DNA from: Malacoraja senta
Lineage: Eukaryota
Direction of reading: 5' to 3'
Assembly (NCBI GenBank): GCA_038087875.1
Contig: JAXLNO010000080.1
Span: 1-64,000, forward strand
DNA: 64,000 nt
Each line of letters begins with the position of its first letter. Within the stretch, counting starts at the first letter, position 1. The translations under genes were made by a program, and so were the position numbers. Shown here in pieces: positions 49,240-63,200 of the stretch. The notes under the pieces were generated by a model. The model was not told where the DNA came from, searched no databases, and worked only from the letters and a program-made list of their open reading frames with translations.

Positions 49240-50134
49240 GAATTAAACATTAAATTCCTTCCATCTGGCATATAAATTCATGACAATGAGATTTAAAAAT
49301 CATGTTATATTGTGAATTCCTGTGTGAATGGGATTAGTTGGGTATTTGGATACTTAGGCTATTTTTTTAAAATTATCCTTTTCTTAAGAAAGGGAATCTA
49401 CAGGAGATTCTTAAAGGGAAAGTAGTGGGCAGAAAGGCATGTCATGTGTGGTTTAAAGAGCAAAAACTTGTAGTTTACAATGCCAAAATGGAAAAGTTGA
49501 GGAAAAACAAGGTGTACAGAGTTGCTTATTGGTTACAATCTGAGGAGTATGATGATGCTACTGGTTATGATATGCCAATGTACCAGCTAGCAACTGATCT
49601 TCTCCATAAAGACCTAGTCTATTGCTAGAAATTGTAATGTATTTACCTATCTGTTACGGACTTACAGCATATAATACAATAATATTAAAATTCTGATCTT
49701 GAGAATATCACATTTTTGAATTTTCAAGGCAGTCTGGGTGTTTATTACTATTTCCGTCACAACGGTCAATTTTGTAATTAGCTACAATTAGGTAATTAAC
49801 TAATTATATGCTTTAATTTTAGGTCATCCAAGTAAGATGTTTTATATTTGTTTCAGAATGCTTCAATCTATAATAACTGAAAATTTCATTCAGTTCTCTT
49901 AATTTTTAAGAAAGTTATGGGCTTTTGACTGTCCTCGATCACAGCTTTTGTGTTAAGTCAATGGAAAAGCAATAGGGAACAAGATACTGATTTCCGAGTA
50001 TGAAAATGGCCATAACTTTATTAATACTGAAGATATGAAAGTGAATTAGGTGTCAAATTAAACTTTTTATGCTTTATCTGATGGGATAAATTGCAGACTT
50101 GATTTTTAATATCTCAAAATTTTGTCACATTGCT
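49240..50134. mobile_element. AT-rich probable DNA-transposon remnant with a C-terminal ORF fragment (49425-49628)
   Basis: Protein-like fragment followed by a long AT-rich subterminal tract ending ...TTGTCACATTGCTA; family not identified. Confidence 0.35.
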
Positions 50135-52335
50135 AGAAAATGTACCTGCATCTTGGAGGCTGAAGGTTAGGTTGATAGCCAAGAAAGATAGACTTTGTTG
50201 TCCCTCAGTACAGCAACATCAAGAACGATGTTGGTGGTCCTTCATTATTTGTGGGGCCTACTACTATCATTTACATAATTTACTAAACACCTCAGTGGTG
50301 AAATAAGGATGGTCACATCCTCATGGGTTAAAAATGGAAGCCTAAGCACTAAGGCCCATATCCAAAAACAAAGATTTATAAGCAAAAATTCTGGTGGGAA
50401 TCACAAAGTGCAGCTCATCATCAGCTCAGGAGTTAGTGTCGTCCTCATTGTGACAAGAAATCTAATCAGGCTCCTTCCTTAATCCGGGTTAACAACTCAT
50501 TTCCCCCATATTGTGTGAATTCTGCAGAGAAATACAATTCGTTTTTATTGCTGCTCACCCTCTGTTTTGATATTTTTCCCCAGTCCCTGAATCTTTCTCT
50601 TCGTAATTCATCTCATCTCCCCCTCCAACTCACACTGTCCGTCACTCTCACATTCTAAACACTGGGATCATCACCTGTCTTATCTGGTGCAAATGTCTCC
50701 GTTGGGGCACTTGCTGAGTTTCACAGCAGAAGTGTAAACAGGGCCTAACACAGATCCTTCATCTTTTACGCTGATGTTATCTTCAGAAACAACGTCTCTA
50801 TTTACCCTTTACATTTAAAAGTAATTCCGTATAATTCTATTTATGTAATTTTTTATTACTATGAGATTTTTTTAATACGTGAGAACAGAACATGGGGCAT
50901 GTGTGCTGAGGATGTAATTATTATAAGGATAGTAACTAACTATTGCATTGTTGGTGTCTTGACCAAAAAGCATAATTTTTAACATTATTTTTGCTACTTT
51001 CCACTGATTAAAAAATAAAATAGTGGTGTTTCTCTCTACTAAATGACTGCTCTTTATTCATTAAAAAATATTTCAATCTCCAACCTAGTTTGGTGTTTCC
51101 AGGTTCCAAAACAGTGTATGCATATTTTAAAATAATTTATACGATAAGACAATGTCTTTTTGAATTTATGTAAGTGAAATCATGGCAAACAAATCTATTG
51201 GAGATGATGGTGATGTACCATGTAGAATAGATAAGGGAGAAGATGTGGAGACCCAAGAGTTTGCAGATTCTGGAAACACGAGCAAAGAGCAAACTGCTGG
51301 AGGGAATTTGTGGATCAGGAATCATCTGTGGAAGTAAATGGACAGATGACCATTGGCAACTGAAGAAGGGTCACGATACAGGGTCATCTGCACATTTTCC
51401 TCGACAGATGCTGCCTGACCCACTGAGTCCCTCCAGCAGATTGTTTTTGTTTGTTTCAGGGAGAACAAGAGGATGTGTCGAATTTTTAGAAAGTCTTTGA
51501 ATTTTTTAATATGTGGATTAGACAATATTAAACAGGCATGAATTGAAAATTATTTGGCAGACAGGAAACAGAGAGAAGACTTCGTTAGGGTGGCAGTTGG
51601 TGATGAATGATCCAGAATCAATCCCGTTCTTGAGTCCGTTACTTTCAATGTTCATCAATGGTATTGACAAGGAAACAAATTTAATGTTTCTAAGTTTGAT
51701 GACATGAAAATGAGAGTAAGTAGGAGAAGCAAAGAGGATGCAAAGAGGTTTCCAGGTGATGTCAGTCAGTTGAGTTACTTGCCAAATATACACAGATGCA
51801 GCAGAGAGTCATAGAGCTGTAGAGCATGGAAATAGACACATCGACCCAACGCACACATGCTGACCAAGATGTCCAACTGACCCCATCACAACTGGCTGTG
51901 CCTGGCCCATGTCTCTCCAAACATGTCTTTGTGCTCTCCTTACCTGAGAAAGGGTTTTTCAGCCACAGATGTAATGCAGCCAAGGCTGACCAGACTGATT
52001 CCTGGAATGGCAGGACTAATGTGTAAGGAGAGGAGGAGCTGACTGAGTCAGTAGTCACTGGAGTTTGGAAGACTTAAACATGACCTCTCTAAATTAAACA
52101 AAATTCAAAGCAGAGCTAGACAGACTCGATACATAAAGATATTTCCAGTGACTAGGATCTGGAACAAGGGGTTTAGGACGCAAGATAAGGGGTGAAACAT
52201 TTAGGGCTGAGACATTTCTTCATTGTGAATATGGTGAGCCATTGAAATTCACCCCACAGAAACTGGTAGATGGCAGGTCACTGAATCCTGTTAAGTAGGG
52301 GATAGATTTATTTGACATAAAATGCAGCAACATTT

Positions 52336-52686
52336 ATATAACCATATAACCATAACAGCAAGGACACAGGCCATCTCGGCCCTTCAAGTCCGTGCCGAAC
52401 ACTTAAATATTTTTTTTTTTAAACTTCCCCCTAGTCCCATCTACCTGCACTCAGACCATAACCCTACATTCCTTTCCCGTCCATATACCCATCCAATCCA
52501 TTTTTAAAGGATAAAATCAAACCTGCCTCCACCACTTCCACTGGAAGCTCATTCCACACAGCTACCACTCTCTGAGTAAAGAAGTTCCCCCTAATGTTAC
52601 CCATAAACCTCTGTCCCTTAATTCTCAAGTCATGTCCCCTTGTTTGAATCTTCCCTACTCTCAATGGGAAAAGCTTATCCACGTCC
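52336..52686 (-). mobile_element. CR1 3' end, (ATATAACC)n-tailed family
   Basis: Matches 57249-57600. Confidence 0.85.
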
Positions 52687-52843
52687 GGGAGAGAATTGGA
52701 ATATGAGATTGTTTTGTATGATTGAACAGGCTCAAAGTGACAGATAATCCAGCCCTGGTTCTCTTTTGCATGTTTCAATAGGTTTTGGGATGGTTTGATA
52801 TTTTCTTTGTCCTTCACACTTCTGATGTTTATTTACACATTGT

Positions 52844-53090
52844 GAAATTTAGTCAGATATAAAACAGGAAGCAAATCATTGTGGTTAAAAAAACAAATCA
52901 TTGTGGTTAAATTGCAAGACAGCTCTTCCTGCAGCCTTGACCATTGCTCTGAATTTTGCATCAGGTCCTGAATCATTCAGAGCAATGGGCAAGGCTGCAT
53001 GAAGAGCTATCTTGCAGTTTAACCACAATGATTTGTCCATTCTGAGCTCTGGGCTGTTTCGCTTCCTATTTTTTATCTCAACTAAATTTC
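52844..53090. repeat. Long imperfect palindrome (MITE-like)
   Basis: Inner arms 52893-52954 and 52975-53036 are reverse complements; outer arms 52844-52872 and 53061-53090. Confidence 0.85.
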
Positions 53091-53092
53091 GA

Positions 53093-53156
53093 GTGTTTAG
53101 TAAATGACGTGTTTAGTAAATGACGTGTTTAGTAAATGACGTGTTTAGTAAATGAC
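53093..53156. repeat. 4 x 16-bp perfect tandem GTGTTTAGTAAATGAC
   Basis: Direct reading. Confidence 0.95.
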
Positions 53157-54220
53157 GTAAATGATAGGAGTAGGCCCCACAAATAACGAAGGATCAGCAA
53201 TGTATTTCCAAGTTATGATGGTGACTAACTGGGTCAATTTGTGCCACTCCACTAACTTGACCAAGCAATTCTGGGTATGGATTGTGCTTGCATATTGTGG
53301 ATATATTTTCTAGTACCGATGCAGTCATCAATGTAATGGGTATAGAGTTCGGGGATAGGGCCAGTGTACACCTGGAACACAATGTATCTCTCGTGTCTAT
53401 ATCTCTAGGCTGTGAAGATCTTGGTGCAACTCTGTGAGGTTGGGCTTGGAGAACACCAAATGACATGGGGAAAAACTTGTGATTGTGAAAATGTTTGCTG
53501 GAGGATCTACCTTGAGTGAAATTCAGAACTGAGGAGAAAATTGCTCTCAATATTGGACTTACTTTGAAAAATTGTAGTAGCTTGATTATCATACGCAGCT
53601 CACTGGTGACCTCGTAAGTCCAAGCTCCACCATGATCTGATGCAATTGAATATTGGTTTGAACTATCGGACCAACTACAGCATGAACAGGCAAGAATATT
53701 GACCATTCCATTTATTACAAAACAACAGATTCTGTCATTTGCCATTATCATAGACATTTCAAACATCACACAGTCATCTGCTTGAATATGTGTAACTGGA
53801 AACTATTCTAACTTCAGTTATGAATAGCATTCATTATACTTGTCTTTCTCCAGGCTGGTTAGCACTCTGCAAAAGCTTTTCTCTTCACCTCAGAAACGTG
53901 ACACTGACCTAAACTGAATTGAACTGGAAGGGACGTGATTTATTCCCAGAGGTTGTGAAGGTCTTGGTGCAAACTGTGCGGTTTGATTTGGAGAAAACTG
54001 AAAGTTGCAGAAGAAATTGGATGATCATGAGGATGGTTTACCTTGTGTGAAACTCAGGAGATAATTACACACAACATTGGAATAACTGAGTAAATACAGC
54101 ATTTTTATTATTACATCTACTCGATATTAAATTAAATGTATTATTTCTATAACTTTCAATAGATTTTAAGGAATGTTTTAGACTGATTTAAATTGCTGCA
54201 GACACAACAAGAGCTGCAAG

Positions 54221-55746
54221 CAGAAATAGTGGATGCATTAGTGATCATTTTTCAAAACGCTTTAAATTCTGGAGTAGTTCCTGAGGATTGGAGGGTAGCT
54301 AATGTAACCCTACTTTTTAAAAAGGGAGGGAGAGAGAAAACGGGGAATTACAGACCAGTTAGTGTAACATCAGTAGTGGGGAAACTGCTAGAGTCAGTTA
54401 TTAAAGATGGGATAGCAGCACATTTGGAAAGTGGTGAAATTATTGGACAATATCAGCGTGGATTTACGAAAGGTAAATCATGTCTGACGAATCTTATAGA
54501 ATTTTTCGAGGATGTAACTAGTAGAGTGGATAAGGGAGAACCAGTGGATGTGTTATATCTGGACTTTCAGAAGGCTTTCGACAAGGTCCCTCATAAGAGA
54601 TTAGTATACAAACTTAAAGCACACGGTATTCGGGGTTCAGTATTGATGTGGATGGAGAACTAGCTGGCAAACAGGAAGCAAAGAGTAGCAGTAAACGGGT
54701 CCTTTTCACAATGGCAGGCAGTGACTAGTGGGGTACCGCAAGGCTCACTTCTGGGACCCCAGCTATTTACAATATATATTATTTATTTGGATGAGGGAAT
54801 TGAATGCAACATCTCCAAGTTTGCGGATGACACGAAGCTGGGGGCAGTGTTAGCTGTGAGGAGGATGCTAGGAGGCTGAAAGGTGACTTGGATAGGCTGG
54901 GTGAGTGGGCAAATGCATGGCAGATGCAGTATAATGTGGATAAATGTAAGGTTATCCACTTTGGTGGCAAAAACAGGAAAGTAGACTATTATCTGGATGG
55001 TGGCCAATTAGGAAAAGGGGAGATGCAGCGAGACCTGGGTGTCATGGTACACCAGTCATTGAAAGTAGGCATGCAGGTGCAGCAAGCAGTGAAGAAAGCG
55101 AATGGTACGTTAGCATTCATTGCAAAATGATTTGAGTATAGGAGCAGGGAGGTTCTACTGCAGTTGTACAGGGTCTTGGTGAGACCACACCTGGAGTATT
55201 GCATACAGTTTTGGTCTCCAAATCTGAGGAAAGACATTCTTGCCATAGAGGGAGTACAGAGAAGGTTCACCAGACTGATTCCTGGGATGTCAGGACTTTC
55301 ATATGAAGAAAGACTGGATAGACTCGGCTTGTACCCGCTAGAATTTAGAAGATTGAGGGGGGATCTTACTGAAACGTACAAAATTCTTAAGGGGTTGGAC
55401 AGGCTAGATGCAGGTAGATTGTTCCCGATGTTGGGGAAGTCCAGGACAAGGGGTCACAGTTTAAGGATAAGGGGATAGTCTTTTAGGACCGAGATGAGAA
55501 AAACATTTTTCACACAGAGAGTTGTGAATCTGTGGAATTCTCTGCCACAGAACGTAGTTGAGGCCAGTTCATTGGCTATATTTAAGAGGGAGTTAGATGT
55601 GGCCCTTGTGGCTAAAGGGATCAGAGGGTATGGAGAGAAGGCAGGTACAGGATACTGAGTTGGATGATCAGCCATGATCACATTGAATGGCGGTGCAGGC
55701 TCGAAGTGCCGAATGGCCTACTCCTGCACATATTTTCTATGTTTCT
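54221..55746 (+). mobile_element. CR1 LINE, 5'-truncated with stops and a frameshift
   Basis: ORFs 54193-54663, 54888-55130 and 55164-55478. Confidence 0.92.
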
Positions 55747-55974
55747 AAATATTTTCAAGGTGTAGCGTCTCGGACATGTTTATGATGATTACGTAAAATA
55801 ATTGACATCTGCTGCTATGTATGCTTCCATATAACTTTATATAACTTATATAACTCAATATAAGCAAGACGGCTCTTAGTAAGCGGCAGTAAGGCAGCGG
55901 CCTTGTGAGGGAAGTGCCCTGTGAGAAAAGTGAGAGTCTTTGGCTCGAGAGTCTTCGGCTAGGAGGCTGAGGAG

Positions 55975-57248
55975 AGGAATTCCACAAAGTCACAACTCCC
56001 TGCGTTGAAAAGTTTTTTCTGAACTCAGTCTTAAATGACCTCCCCTTTATTCTAAGACTGTGGCCCCTGGTTCTGGACTTGCCCAACATTGGGAACATTT
56101 TTCCTGCATCCAGCTTGTCCAGTCCTTTTATGATTTTATGTTTCTATAAGATATCCCCTCATCCTTCTAAACTCCAGTGAATACAATCTATCCTCATATG
56201 ACAGTCCCGCCATCCCAGGGATCAATCTCGTGAACCAACACTGCACTGCCTCAATCACAAGGATGTCCTTCCTCAAATTAGGAGACCAGAACTTTGCACA
56301 AACTCCAGATGTGGTCTCACCAGAGCCCTGTACAACTGCAGAAGAACCTCTTTACTCCTGAATCCCCTTGTATGAAGGCCAACATTCCATTAGCTTTCTT
56401 TCCTGCCTGCTGTACCTGTAAGCCAACTTTCAGTGACCGGTGAACAAGGACACCCAGGTCGCGCTGTACCTCCCCCTTACCTAACCTAACCCCATTGAGA
56501 TAATAATCTGCCCCCTTGTTTTTGCCGCCAAAGTGGATAACCTCACATTTATCTATATTATACTGCATCTGCCCACTCAATCTGTCCAGGTCACCCTGCA
56601 CCCTCCTAACATCCTCTTCACAGTTCACACTGCCACCCAGCTTTGTGTCATCCGCAAACTTGCTAGTGTTGCTCCTAATTCCCTCTTCCAAATCATTAAT
56701 ATATATGGTAAACAGTTGCGGCCCCAACACCGAGCCTTGGGGCACTCCACTCGCCACTGCCTGCCATTCTGAAAAGGACCCGTTCACTCCTACTCTTTGC
56801 TTCCAGTATGCCAACCAATTTTATATCCGTCAACACCCTACCCCCAATACCATGTGCTCTAATTTTAGTCACCAGTCTCCCGTGCGGGACCTTATCAAAG
56901 GCTTTCTGAAAGTCTAGATACACTACATCCACTGGCACCCCTTCATCCATTTTATTTGTCACATCCTCAAAAAATTCCAGAAGATTAGTCAAAAATTCCA
57001 GAAGATTTCATAAATCCATGATGACTTGGACTAATCCTTTTACTGCTATCCAAATGCCCCATTATTACCTCTTTAATAATTGACTCCAGCATCTTTCCCA
57101 CCACCGAAGACAGGCTAACTGGTCTGTAATTCCCTGTTTTCTCTCTCGCTCCTTTCTTGAAAAGTGGGATAACATTAGCTATCCTCCAATCCACAGGAAC
57201 TGATCCTGAGTCTATTGAACATTGGAAAATGATCACCAATGCGTCCAT
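55975..57248 (-). mobile_element. CR1 ORF2 fragment
   Basis: ORFs 56317-56814, 56696-56992 and 56985-57272. Confidence 0.9.
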
Positions 57249-60200
57249 ATAACCATATAACCATATAACCATTACAGCACGGAAACAGGCCCTCTCGGCC
57301 CTTCAAGTCCGTGCCGGAATTTTTTTTTTTTTAAATAAATACTTCCCACTAGTCCCATCTACCTGCACTCAGACCATAACCCTCCATTCCTTTCCCGTCC
57401 ATATACCCATCCAATCTATTTTTAAAGTATAAAATCGAACCAGCCTCCACCACTTCCACTGGAAGCTCATTCCACACAGCTACCACTCTCTGAGTAAAGA
57501 TGTTCCCCCTAATGTTACCCCTAAACTTCTGTCCCTTAATTCTCGTCATGTCCCCTTGTTTGAATCTTCCCTACTCTCAATGGAAAAAGCTTATCCACGT
57601 CAACTCTGTCTATCCCGCTCATAATTTTAAAGACCTCTATTAAGTCCCCTCTTAACCTTCTGCGCTCCAAAGAATAAAGACCTAACTTGTTCAACCTTTC
57701 TCTGTAACTTAGTTGCTGAAACCCAGGCAACATTCTAGTAAACCTCCTCTATTTTGTTGACATCCTTCCTATAATTAGGCGACCAAAATTGTACTCCGTA
57801 CTCCAGAATTGGCCTCACCAATGCCTTGTACAATTTTAACATTACATCCCAACTTCTATATTCAATGCTCTGATTTATAAAGGCCAGCACACCAAAAGCT
57901 TTCTTTACCACCCTATCTAAATGAGATTCCACCTTCAGGGAACTATGCACAGTTATTCCTAGATCCCTCTGTTCAACTGCATTCCTCAATTCTCTACCAT
58001 TTACCATGTACGTCCTATTTTGATTTGTCCTGCCGAGATGTTGTACCTCACATTTATCAGCATTAAACTCCATCTGCCATCTTTCAGCCCACTCTTCCAA
58101 ATGGCCTAAATCTCTCTGTAGACTTTGAAAATTTACTTCATTATCCACCACACCACCTATCTTAGTATCATCTGCATACTTACTAATCCAATTTTCCACA
58201 CCATCATCCAGATCATTGCTGTACATGAGAAACAACTGTGGACCCAACACAGACCCCTGAGGCACCCCACTAGTCACCAGCCTCCAACCTGACAAACAGC
58301 CATCCACCATTACTCTCTGGAATCTCCCATTCAGCCACTGTTGAATTCATCTTGCTACTCCACCATTAATACCCAACAATTTAATCTACTTAACCAACCT
58401 TCCATGAGGAACCTTGCCAAAGGCCTTACTGAAGTCCATATAGACATCCACTGCTTTACCCTCATCAATTTCCCGCCAGTGCGCCTGCGCGTCAATCTTC
58501 AAAGCAGCGGTGTGAAATCACAAAAAACAACAACCGAAGTAATATAGTCTCATAATAAAACGAGTAATACAAGAACTTCCATCTGACCTTTATGATAGAG
58601 GGTAGGGTCGTGGTGGGCACGTAATCACCTACGTAACTCCACATAAAAAAAAGATCAAACTTCAAACTTAGGTAAGTTCTCGTTTAATCTTACTATTTTA
58701 CTTCGGAGTCACGTGAGTGACTACGTGAAGATTTTAAAGCTTTGTGATTTCATGCCGTGGATCAATCCCGGCTTCTCACTGCATAGATTGACTCGGAACG
58801 AGAATAATCAATCATGTATTCATAATAACATTTGTACCACAAATGCAGTAATTCATTTCAATAATGAAATGAATCAGATCCCCTTTAAACCAGAGGAATT
58901 TACACAGAACTTAAAATAGTTTCTGCAAACAACCCCACATTAACAATAGGCCGATGGTAAAAATGTTGAAAACATCAACTCATTGGACCACCCGGCGGCT
59001 GCGAGGATATGGTCGACGGGGCCGTCTTTTGCCCTGGCCGCCGACGTTTCTGCTGCCCTAGCCGAGTGAGACGTAAAAACATAAGTGTTAATACCAGCAG
59101 CTGTTAAGACTTCTTTTATCCATCTGGAAATAGTCTGTATTGAAACTCTCTTGTGTGGTTTCTTGTGTGTGATCAACAACCCAGTTTCCGTATTCTCAAA
59201 TTCTTTGTGACCTCAATGTATTTTAATAAATATGTCTTAATACAGAGACATGGATCATTTGGATATGCTGCTAGCATAATTTTAAATCCTGTCACACCTG
59301 GCCTAATTTACTTTAGTAGGTCATAGATATAGAATGTAACCTTGTCTTCAGTTACTTCCATACTGTCTTTTTATAATTTTCCAAGTGTTTGCACTCGTTG
59401 TGCTGTCACTCATGCCATAAGCATGAATACTTTCATACTGAGCTTGACCAAAGGTAAAGACACACTTGATGACCATTCACAAAGTAGTTTCAGTACCACA
59501 CTTAATCCCAGATTGTCACGTACCTAGGTTTCGGTGGTTTGGAATTAAAGATTCCTTTCATTAGTCTGGAAACAATTGGGTGTGACCCAAATGAGTTTCT
59601 TTCTGAATCCAGAACCAAATATGAGGACAATGCACTTCTGGCTGAATTAATTGCATTATAACTCAGACCTTCATTATAATAAAGTTTTGACAGAAATTCT
59701 AAACATTTGAAATATCTGCAGTACTTTATTGCACATTCTTTTGTACACAGAACTCTTCCCATTTCTTAATATAAGAAAGGTACTGTTTTTGAGTGCTCTT
59801 CCTCCCGGCTGCCGTAAGCATGTCCACAGTATGCTCAGACAGTCCTCGTCCCAGAAAAGGCATTCTTAAAACCTGCAAATCAACAAATCCAAACGATGGT
59901 ATAATGGATGTTGTTACCCTGTTACAGAGTACAACAATAAATTACTCCTTTTTGGGACTTTCATCAACATTTGTGTTGTTAATTCTAATATCAACAGATA
60001 CCATGGCTGTATAGGCCAATCTGGTACTACCAATACCCTTGAAGCAGCATCTTACCTGATTTTAAGCAAACATTGGCTTATGAGGCAGAAAGGTGGAAAT
60101 ATATATGAAAACATACCACCCCAATGTAGCGAGAAAGCATCAATCGCCACTGCTCCTGGATCTGGTTTCCATGAGACATATCTCGATAGCTGATGACTCA

Positions 60201-63200
60201 AGTCGATGTCGGTCATTCCAAATCTGGTTACTATATCATTGAATACCTCTTGATTCAACAACCATTCTTTATTATCATGGAACTTTCGTGACCTGGTGTC
60301 TGCTATCGTATTCATTCTACCTGTTAGATGGATAGCTGAAATCCAAATATTCTTTTCAATACACCAAGACCAAATTTGATTAGCCATTTTGTCACATGAC
60401 ACCGACTTAATTCCACCCATATCATTAATATAAACAACTGCTATTGTGTTATCAATTTGAACTTGAACATGCTTATTAGTTGTGTTAGAACAGTAAGCTT
60501 GGAGCCCATAGAAACGTCCTAGAAGCTCCAAATAGTTAATTCCCCATGTCTGCAGTAACAATGACTCTTCCTGATTCCATCTGCCTCCGCAGCTAGATTT
60601 TAAGTCAGTTGCACCCTCCTAGTGCACTGGCATCAGTTTGTAATATCATGGAAGGTTGTTCAATCAGCACTTTGCTGGAAATGCTTGAGACATGTAGAAT
60701 CCACCACTGCAGATCAGAAACTGCATTTGTTGTTAGTTGCATGGTTCTATCAAAAATGACCAACATGCTTTCTCAGTGCCTGTTCTTTAATTCTCTGCAG
60801 CTGTTGATAATGTAATGGTCCAAATTGAACTGCTGGGAATGCTGCTACTAATTTTCCCAGTACACGAGCCACCTGTCTAATTGAGGGGTTTTGCTCGTTT
60901 AGGAGATTACTACAATCTTTAATGAAATCCTCCCTTTTTTCCCTGGGCAAATTAATATTCATTTGGACTGAATCAATTGTAAACCCCAAATAATTAATAG
61001 AGGTACATGGTGTTAACCTAGATTTCTTTGGATGAATTAGAAACCCAAATTTTCAAAAGTTGATTTCACAACTGCAACAGATGCTTCTGTTGACTGTTTT
61101 GTCTTTCCTATAATCAAGACATCATCCAAATATGCCATGAGTACATGCCCCTGGCTTCTCAGCAAACCCAGAATTGGTTTTAACAATTTTGTGAATATTC
61201 TGGGTGCAGATGTTAACCCATTAGGCAGAGCTTTGAACTGCCACAACTGGTTCATCCATTTAAATTTAAGATACTTCCTATCTTCTGAATCAACAGACAC
61301 TGAATAATATGCATCTTTCAAGTCTATAGTTGCCATATAACATGCTTCTGAAATAAGCTGTTTGGCAGTCACAAATGTTTCCATTTTAAAATGTCTAAAT
61401 TGCACAAAAGGATTCAGATTTGTCAAATCTAGAATAATCCTACATCCTCCCTCCTTTTTTGATCGAGGGAATATTTCACACAAATTGGTGACTTTGGTAG
61501 ACTGATTTTTTCAATAACCCCTTTTTTATATAGGGTTTCAAGTGCAACCTGAACCTCCATCACTTCTTTTTGTACAAAGTGCAGAGTTCGGCTAGGAACA
61601 TGCTGATCAGGCAAATCATAATTTGGATTGAATTCAATTCAAAATCCTTGTATATGATTCAGGATTACCACATTCTGAAGTAATTTTCTTCCAATTATTA
61701 TAAAAGAAATGTAACCTGCCTCCAACTTTTGGACTTAATCCAGTTAGTATGTTCCCATGAGAACCAGGTCCACCTACCTCTTGAGTCATTTGAGTACCCT
61801 GAGATTCCTGGGTTCTCCCGGAAGCACGCCCACTGGTTCTTGCTCCCGATGCAGGCCGCCAACTACGTCCCTGCGTTGATGAGCGACTTGGTCCAGGATC
61901 CGTATGACGTCTGAAAGGATACTTCCTCTTTACAGACTTCACAACCATTGATGTCTTCATCAAACCTGTTTTTGCTTCATCTTCCAACTCTTTAATATGT
62001 CTCCCGAGATCCTCTCCAAAGAGTAAGTTGGGTAATTGTATATTACTTGGTTTTCAGAGTGCTGCGAATTTTGGATTCATAGTAGGCCGTATCACACTTT
62101 TCCTCAGACAATTGTCTCGAAGTGAGTGCTGCATAGCAACCCCAGTGTTTCCTGATGCAACTCCGTCATCTCTTGGCTTTTTTCTGCTATTCTGGCAAAA
62201 GCAGTTATTCCAGAACCCAGCAGCTTTAATATTCTCTGCAACTGATTCCAGATAATTTGATTCACTGCTGCCCACAGTTACTTCTTGCAGTCTCATCCAT
62301 TTCCTGCTGTTCCAGCTAATGGTAAACCAAGTAATTTATTAAGGAGGCCAGTTCTTCTCCTAATGGCTCTCCTGACCCTGACGGGGCAGCGAATCCTACT
62401 GCCAAGAGTGGAACATCTGGCAGCTGCCGTTCATCACCTTGTACAGCCTCACCGTCAGAGTCGGGGTCTGAAATCTCATGACCCGTAGCACGCTCCTCAT
62501 TCCTGAGGGTGCATCCCATCAGCCCTGAGCCAGGTGCTGTTAAGCTGTTCCTGCAGCTTGGATTACAGTACACTCCTTCCTGAGTGAACTTTGCTCCAAC
62601 ACCCTATGTAAAAGGCTTTCTATTTGGGCAACATGCTCGAAAGCAGTATCTAGCCCTGTACCAGGAGCTGTTTGAGCTGTTTCCAGCAGCTTGCATTCAG
62701 TACACTCCTCCCTGAGTGAACTTTGCTCCAACAGCCTATGTAAAAGGCTTTCTATTTGGGCAATACGCTCGAAAGCAGTATCTAGCCCTGGAGCTACTTA
62801 CATTGCCTGGGACTCCCTCCGTGGGCCGTTGGGATTTAAACTGTGTCTTTTGCCCGACAGGCGCTGACAGTGTTTTCACCAGCCCCAGGTCCACAGTCGC
62901 TATGCTCACCGCTGGCGACTGTACCGGGGTTTAGAGGCGGTTGGTCTCTAACCGCGGACTCCCGACTTTCCCGACTTCTGTCGGCTGTGTCGCTCGCCTC
63001 TTCCCCCTGTCCGTTTTTTCCATGGCGTCTGTGGAAAAAATCCCCATAGACCCACAGTAAACGGACCTGGAAAACCTGAAAAAAGTTTTTACTTACCTTG
63101 TAGTTGAAAAACTACAAATCCACTCGAGGAGCTCTGCTCCTCACGTCCGTTTGCGTCAAGGCGTCTGACGTAATCACGTAGTCACTCACGTGACTCCGAA

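Noticed and set aside
50679..50806. Minus-strand terminal exon ...GSVLGPVYTSAVKLSKCPNGDICTR*
   Set aside because: Weak acceptor and no upstream partner exons; cannot be told from chance
53093..53156. CRISPR-like array
   Set aside because: No spacers; a simple tandem repeat in eukaryotic DNA
53194..53769. 191-aa minus-strand ORF
   Set aside because: No coherent domain; it overlaps a short retroelement RT remnant (YIDD) in another frame
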